In this document: one piece after another, positions 39,054-42,515 of the stretch
Layout: every line of letters starts with the position of its first letter
Position numbering within the stretch: position 1 is the first letter of the stretch
NCBI GenBank assembly: GCA_963749655.1
Contig: CAVVOB010000017.1
Location: 1-42,515, forward strand
Length of the DNA stretch: 42,515 bases
Direction of reading: 5' to 3'
Origin: Nitrospirota bacterium
GTDB lineage: Bacteria; Nitrospirota; UBA9217
Translations under genes and position numbers: made by a program
The notes under the pieces: model-generated
Told to the model about the DNA's origin: nothing
Databases searched by the model: none
What the model saw: the letters and a program-made list of their open reading frames with translations, nothing else

Positions 39054-39373
39054 CCACTTTTACGACGCCGCCGAAGTTTGCGCCACACCTTGACAATAGA
39101 ATCCCAGTAACGAAGTATAACCAACAGAGCCAACACGACCAACTCGATGAATCGCTGCGTCGTCACGCCCAAGCCCAAAAAGTGCACATACATAGTCAAC
39201 TGCGAAGATACCACAATCACTCGATGATAACAAGACCGCGCTTCGAAAGGAACGATCCGTGGAAGAATCACCGCGACGCTGATGAAGTCCGACTGTAGTG
39301 GAAGGTGCCAGCCTCATCCTCATCCAGCTGGACAGAAGTAAACGTAACACCAGCTGGCTGGGATTCGGCTGGC

Positions 39374-39472
39374 TGTTGTTGTCCGACACGCGCGTGGCCA
39401 GCTGGCGCGGTGGTCGCTCGAAGCTCGCTCCTTTTGATTCCCTTCCACCTAGCGCGCGGTCGGACAACAACA
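39374..39472. repeat. Long stem-loop (14-bp perfect stem extended by CGCGCG pairing)
   Basis: TGTTGTTGTCCGAC (39374-87) pairs with GTCGGACAACAACA (39459-72); inner CGCGCG/CGCGCG. Confidence 0.85.
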
Positions 39473-39963
39473 ATCTTAACACTCAGGGACTCTGTTAGGG
39501 GGAGGGGTGCGGGTAGCGTTCGCAAAGCGAGAAGGCTTGATGAAGCCTCAGTCGGATGAAGGATTGATCTTATAGCGCCTACATGAAAAGATGGAGACTC
39601 CTTGCGAACACAGATCCAATCGACCCTCTACTGTCATCTGCACACTCCTGGCTGTCAGCTCTGTGGTGGCCGGCAGACTCTGTTCCCTTCTCCGCGTCGT
39701 TCAGTTGCTGCTCCTGGTTGCTCCTCTGGCTCCTTGGTTGTAGGGTTGGTGGGGGTAGAGAGTCCCTTCGTCTTAATCAACCGGGCGCGTCTCGGTCGCT
39801 GGTCATCGGCAGATTCCTTTATCTAATGCTACATTGACGGCTGCCGCTGACCCGCGCGACTCGAGCCGCCCCTTGACAAGCCGCGAAGCGCGTGTGGGTA
39901 AAATGTCATGGGGGGGCTACCCCCACCGTCTACATTTTCCCGACCTGAAACATCAGAAATAAC

Positions 39964-39992
39964 TTGACGCCAGATATTTAAGCACGTTCAAT
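39964..39992 (+). promoter_or_regulatory. Putative promoter TTGACG-N17-TTCAAT for the structural operon
   Basis: About 40 nt upstream of ATG 40033, in an AT-rich context. Confidence 0.5.
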
Positions 39993-40032
39993 GTATATAT
40001 AAGTCCATCCTCTAACATGAAAGGCCTAGCCA

Positions 40033-40461
40033 ATGGCTGACATCAAATCTCTCGACCGCATAAACGCCAAATGGGTACGCGTTACCCAGGGCGCAGGTGC
40101 GGAGTATGAGGAAGGCGTTCGCAACCCACGCTCCGATTGGGCTAAGCAGACCCTCAGCGCAAATGCGGCTTACAAGGCTGGTCTCCAAAAGAGCATCGCC
40201 GCCGATAGTTTCGCTAAGGGTGTGGCCTCAGTCGGTACCGGCAAGTGGCAGGACATGGCTATCGCCAAAGGTCCTAGCCGCTTCACCCAGGGCGTCCAAC
40301 TGGCAGTTGACGCCTATTCAGCCGGTTTCGCACCTTACCGCCAAGTGATTCAGTCACTGACTCTACCACCGCGCGGACCTAAAGGCGACCCAGGCAATAT
40401 CAACAGAGTTGCCATCGTCGCAAAGGCACTTCACGACAAGAAGCTGGCGGGCGGCAAGTAG
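40033..40461 (+). CDS. Putative viral nucleocapsid/DNA-condensing protein (basic, all-alpha)
   Basis: Ala/Lys-rich 142 aa with repeated W-x10/11-[YF]xxG[VL] units and LPPRGPKG; immediately precedes the capsid candidate. Confidence 0.6.
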   Translation: MADIKSLDRINAKWVRVTQGAGAEYEEGVRNPRSDWAKQTLSANAAYKAGLQKSIAADSFAKGVASVGTGKWQDMAIAKGPSRFTQGVQLAVDAYSAGFAPYRQVIQSLTLPPRGPKGDPGNINRVAIVAKALHDKKLAGGK

Positions 40462-40464
40462 TCT

Positions 40465-41280
40465 ATGGCAGACGAAAACACCCACGGCATGATCGTGACC
40501 GGCGCCAGCCAAACCGCAGCCGGTGAAGCCGTACTCGGCAACATCATCCTCCCAGCTGACGGTCCGTGGATCATCCACCACATTTTTGGCCAGGTCGCCA
40601 ACGCCACAGCCACAGCCGCCGAAGCAGCTGCTGGTTACTTCCGAGTAGAAGCAGCCTCGGGAGACATCTCCCCCAACCCTGCACCTAGCCGCTGGCCGCT
40701 AATTGCAGGCGGTTCCACACTCGGAGCCACTATCGACGTCCAGAGCTGCCCACTGCAGATCTACCCTGTCAACTGGACCGCACCTGGTCGCGCCAGCATC
40801 AACATGATTCACAACAACACCGCCCTGTCCACCGTAGCCCAGCAACTAGTCCTCGGCATCATGTTCGGCAAGGCAATCCCCGAGAAGAAACCCATGATCT
40901 ACTGTGACCTGGTCAGAGTAGCCACCAACTCCGCCGCGCTCACTGCCATCGGCCAGATCGTACTGTCCGAAAACGCCACGCGCATAACCGGAATCATGGG
41001 CGTACTGGTTTCAGACGGTGTCCTGGTAACTGCCGAAGAGTGCATCGGCTTTTTCCAGCTCCAATCTGACGACATCAACATCGTACCTGCGCAGTACCCA
41101 TTCCAAATGGCTTACTCTGCCGGTCTCGGAGCTCTCATTCAGGGTGGTTCTTGGATGGGTTCGAGCTTTTTACCTGTTGACATTCCCGTCGTCGCAGGTG
41201 CCCGCATCAATGCCTTCGTTGATCTCAACACAGCATTGACCAACGCCGCCGAAGTTCAGGTCTATATAGCATACGAGTAA
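40465..41280 (+). CDS. Putative double jelly-roll major capsid protein
   Basis: 271 aa, beta-rich, two alignable halves (LGNIILP/IGQIVLS; AEAAAGYFRV/AEECIGFFQL; STLGATI/AGLGALI; YPVNWTAPGRASIN/LPVDIPVVAGARIN; TALSTVA/TALTNAA). Confidence 0.72.
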   Translation: MADENTHGMIVTGASQTAAGEAVLGNIILPADGPWIIHHIFGQVANATATAAEAAAGYFRVEAASGDISPNPAPSRWPLIAGGSTLGATIDVQSCPLQIYPVNWTAPGRASINMIHNNTALSTVAQQLVLGIMFGKAIPEKKPMIYCDLVRVATNSAALTAIGQIVLSENATRITGIMGVLVSDGVLVTAEECIGFFQLQSDDINIVPAQYPFQMAYSAGLGALIQGGSWMGSSFLPVDIPVVAGARINAFVDLNTALTNAAEVQVYIAYE

Positions 41281-41284
41281 CTGG

Positions 41285-41617
41285 TTGGCGTTCAACTACA
41301 CAACAATCGGAGCTCCTTTCGGAGTTAACATGGTGAACTTCCACGTTGCGCTAGATCCAACCACTCTAACCAACGTGGGAGTCTCCCTCTCAAGAACAAA
41401 CGCCGGTATAAAATCATTCCACTTCCGCTGCGGCCTCACCCCACCAGGCGACGAGCAGATCGAAATCTACCACGTCCTCACCAGTGGTCTACTTTCACCA
41501 GGCGACGGCGCAAACTGGTCCGGCTCCCTGCGCTTCCGGGACGACCTATTCCTCGTACTAAACTACATCGCCCGCTTTCCCGTATTCATTTACCTCACCT
41601 GGTCAACAACCAGCTAG
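41285..41617 (+). CDS. Putative minor virion protein (beta-rich)
   Basis: TTG start 4 nt after the capsid stop; alternating hydrophobic strands. Confidence 0.6.
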   Translation: MAFNYTTIGAPFGVNMVNFHVALDPTTLTNVGVSLSRTNAGIKSFHFRCGLTPPGDEQIEIYHVLTSGLLSPGDGANWSGSLRFRDDLFLVLNYIARFPVFIYLTWSTTS

Positions 41618-41620
41618 ACC

Positions 41621-42061
41621 ATGCCCAACCTAACCTCATTCATAGACTCCGACCACGGCTTCGACGTCATATCTATCGGCCTCGCCCCCGCAGGCGCATC
41701 GACAGCCTTCGGCACACTAGCCAACACCTACGCAGAGCCTGTCGCTATCTGGTTACAGCTCCAAACATCTGCCGCGGTCGCAAACCGCCAACTCTACATC
41801 ATCGTTCAACAACTCGCAGGTATCTTCCTAAACTACGCCTACCCCGACATTCTCGCACCATCGACACTCTACGACATTAACCTGGCCATCGGTTTCCAGT
41901 ACCGCTTTCCCGCACCACCAGACAGATTCATCCACATCCCCATGCCCGAGCACCTACTCATATCCCCAGGCGGATCTTTCCAATTCAACATCATAAACAT
42001 GGACGCCGCCGACCAGTGGCAACCAGGCAACATGACTTCAAAACTATGGCTGAAAGGATAG
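41621..42061 (+). CDS. Putative single jelly-roll minor capsid/penton protein
   Basis: Beta-rich 146 aa; shares SAAVANRQ and MDAADQ with the next ORF. Confidence 0.6.
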   Translation: MPNLTSFIDSDHGFDVISIGLAPAGASTAFGTLANTYAEPVAIWLQLQTSAAVANRQLYIIVQQLAGIFLNYAYPDILAPSTLYDINLAIGFQYRFPAPPDRFIHIPMPEHLLISPGGSFQFNIINMDAADQWQPGNMTSKLWLKG

Positions 42062-42064
42062 ACC

Positions 42065-42515
42065 ATGCCCACCACAGCACAAGTCACGTTTCTAAACCCG
42101 CCCGAAGATCCACCAACCTGGCTAGTCGACCGCGAGATACCCCAGCCGGCTGCCGGCGCACTCTTCGTCGTAACCATTCCACCCCGCGAAAGATGGAAGC
42201 TGATCGCCTGTAGCTTTCAGCTGCTCTGCAGTGCCGCAGTCGCCAATCGCCAGGTATTCTTCCACCTCAACACACCCTTCGGCCTCATGACAGATCTCAC
42301 CGACAACGTCGTCATGGCTGCAAACGGTTTCCGCGGTTTCTACTTTGCACAGAACATCGCCCCGCTATTCCCAACTGGTACATACTTCCAGACCACGCTG
42401 CCACTACCCACCGACTTCTGGCTCCTGCCAGGCTCAAGCTTCGCTCCGGAGATCCTGCTTATGGACGCAGCGGATCAGATCCTCCTGCCAATGTACTCAG
42501 CACAGATCCAGAAAT
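42065..42515 (+). CDS. Paralog of 41621..42061, truncated by the window end (absent from the ORF track)
   Basis: AAAGGA RBS. Manual translation MPTTAQVTFLNPP...LLCSAAVANRQVFFHL...LPLPTDFWLLPGSSFAPEILLMDAADQILLP... is open to the end. Confidence 0.75.
   Translation, partial: MPTTAQVTFLNPPEDPPTWLVDREIPQPAAGALFVVTIPPRERWKLIACSFQLLCSAAVANRQVFFHLNTPFGLMTDLTDNVVMAANGFRGFYFAQNIAPLFPTGTYFQTTLPLPTDFWLLPGSSFAPEILLMDAADQILLPMYSAQIQK

Larger units (their letters stand above)
36645..42515 (+). mobile_element. Virus-like element (tailless, putative double jelly-roll capsid virus), partial
   Basis: Abrupt change to a C/A-rich, G-poor + strand. Short, tightly coupled + strand genes include capsid-like, nucleocapsid-like, AbrB and nuclease ORFs. 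Runs off the window end. Confidence 0.8.

Noticed and set aside
39090-39121. Rightward promoters TTGACA...TATAAC (and 39873-39904 TTGACA...TAAAAT)
   Set aside because: Both have 20-bp spacers, too long for a standard sigma70 promoter. Left uncalled.
36645-42515. Tailed prophage, inovirus or diversity-generating retroelement
   Set aside because: No terminase, portal, HK97 capsid, Zot-like ATPase, TM coat protein, reverse transcriptase or TR/VR pair is visible.
1-42515. tRNA, rRNA or IS transposase genes
   Set aside because: None recognised on either strand by eye.

Overview
The window has three parts. (1) 1-19.2 kb is a GC-rich bacterial accessory array of secreted, periplasmic and membrane proteins: two WD40 propeller paralogs with a shared promoter, ankyrin proteins, two LprI-type proteins and several DUF-type exported proteins. 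A hemerythrin and a large PAS hybrid histidine kinase follow. (2) 23.7-36.6 kb begins with an SOS mutagenesis operon (small DUF6504-like gene, GxxExxY nuclease, dinB, lexA) driven by a promoter containing a GAAC-N4-GTTC box and interleaved with REP/BIME-like CACGAATT palindromic repeats. Next come a defence/TA hotspot (ParE-type TA bounded by a recoded copy of the lexA 3' end, MNT-HEPN, orphan restriction-nuclease homologs without a methylase), lpxL and a minus-strand operon whose RND permease is cut off at about 36644. (3) From about 36645 to the end, the + strand turns C/A-rich and G-poor and the DNA looks like a small tailless virus. It carries a 271-aa protein with a visible internal duplication (double jelly-roll capsid candidate) preceded by a nucleocapsid-like helical protein, paralogous minor structural proteins, a tandem AbrB regulator and a nuclease. 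It also has a chromosome-type oriC (phased perfect DnaA boxes, then box-CCC-DnaA-trios-AT-rich tract) and no Rep, polymerase or integrase in view. That oriC-mimicking virus-like element is the most striking feature. Many single-base frameshifts in unrelated genes suggest long-read indel errors, and the host/virus junction could be a chimera. All family assignments are by eye from motifs; no searches were run.
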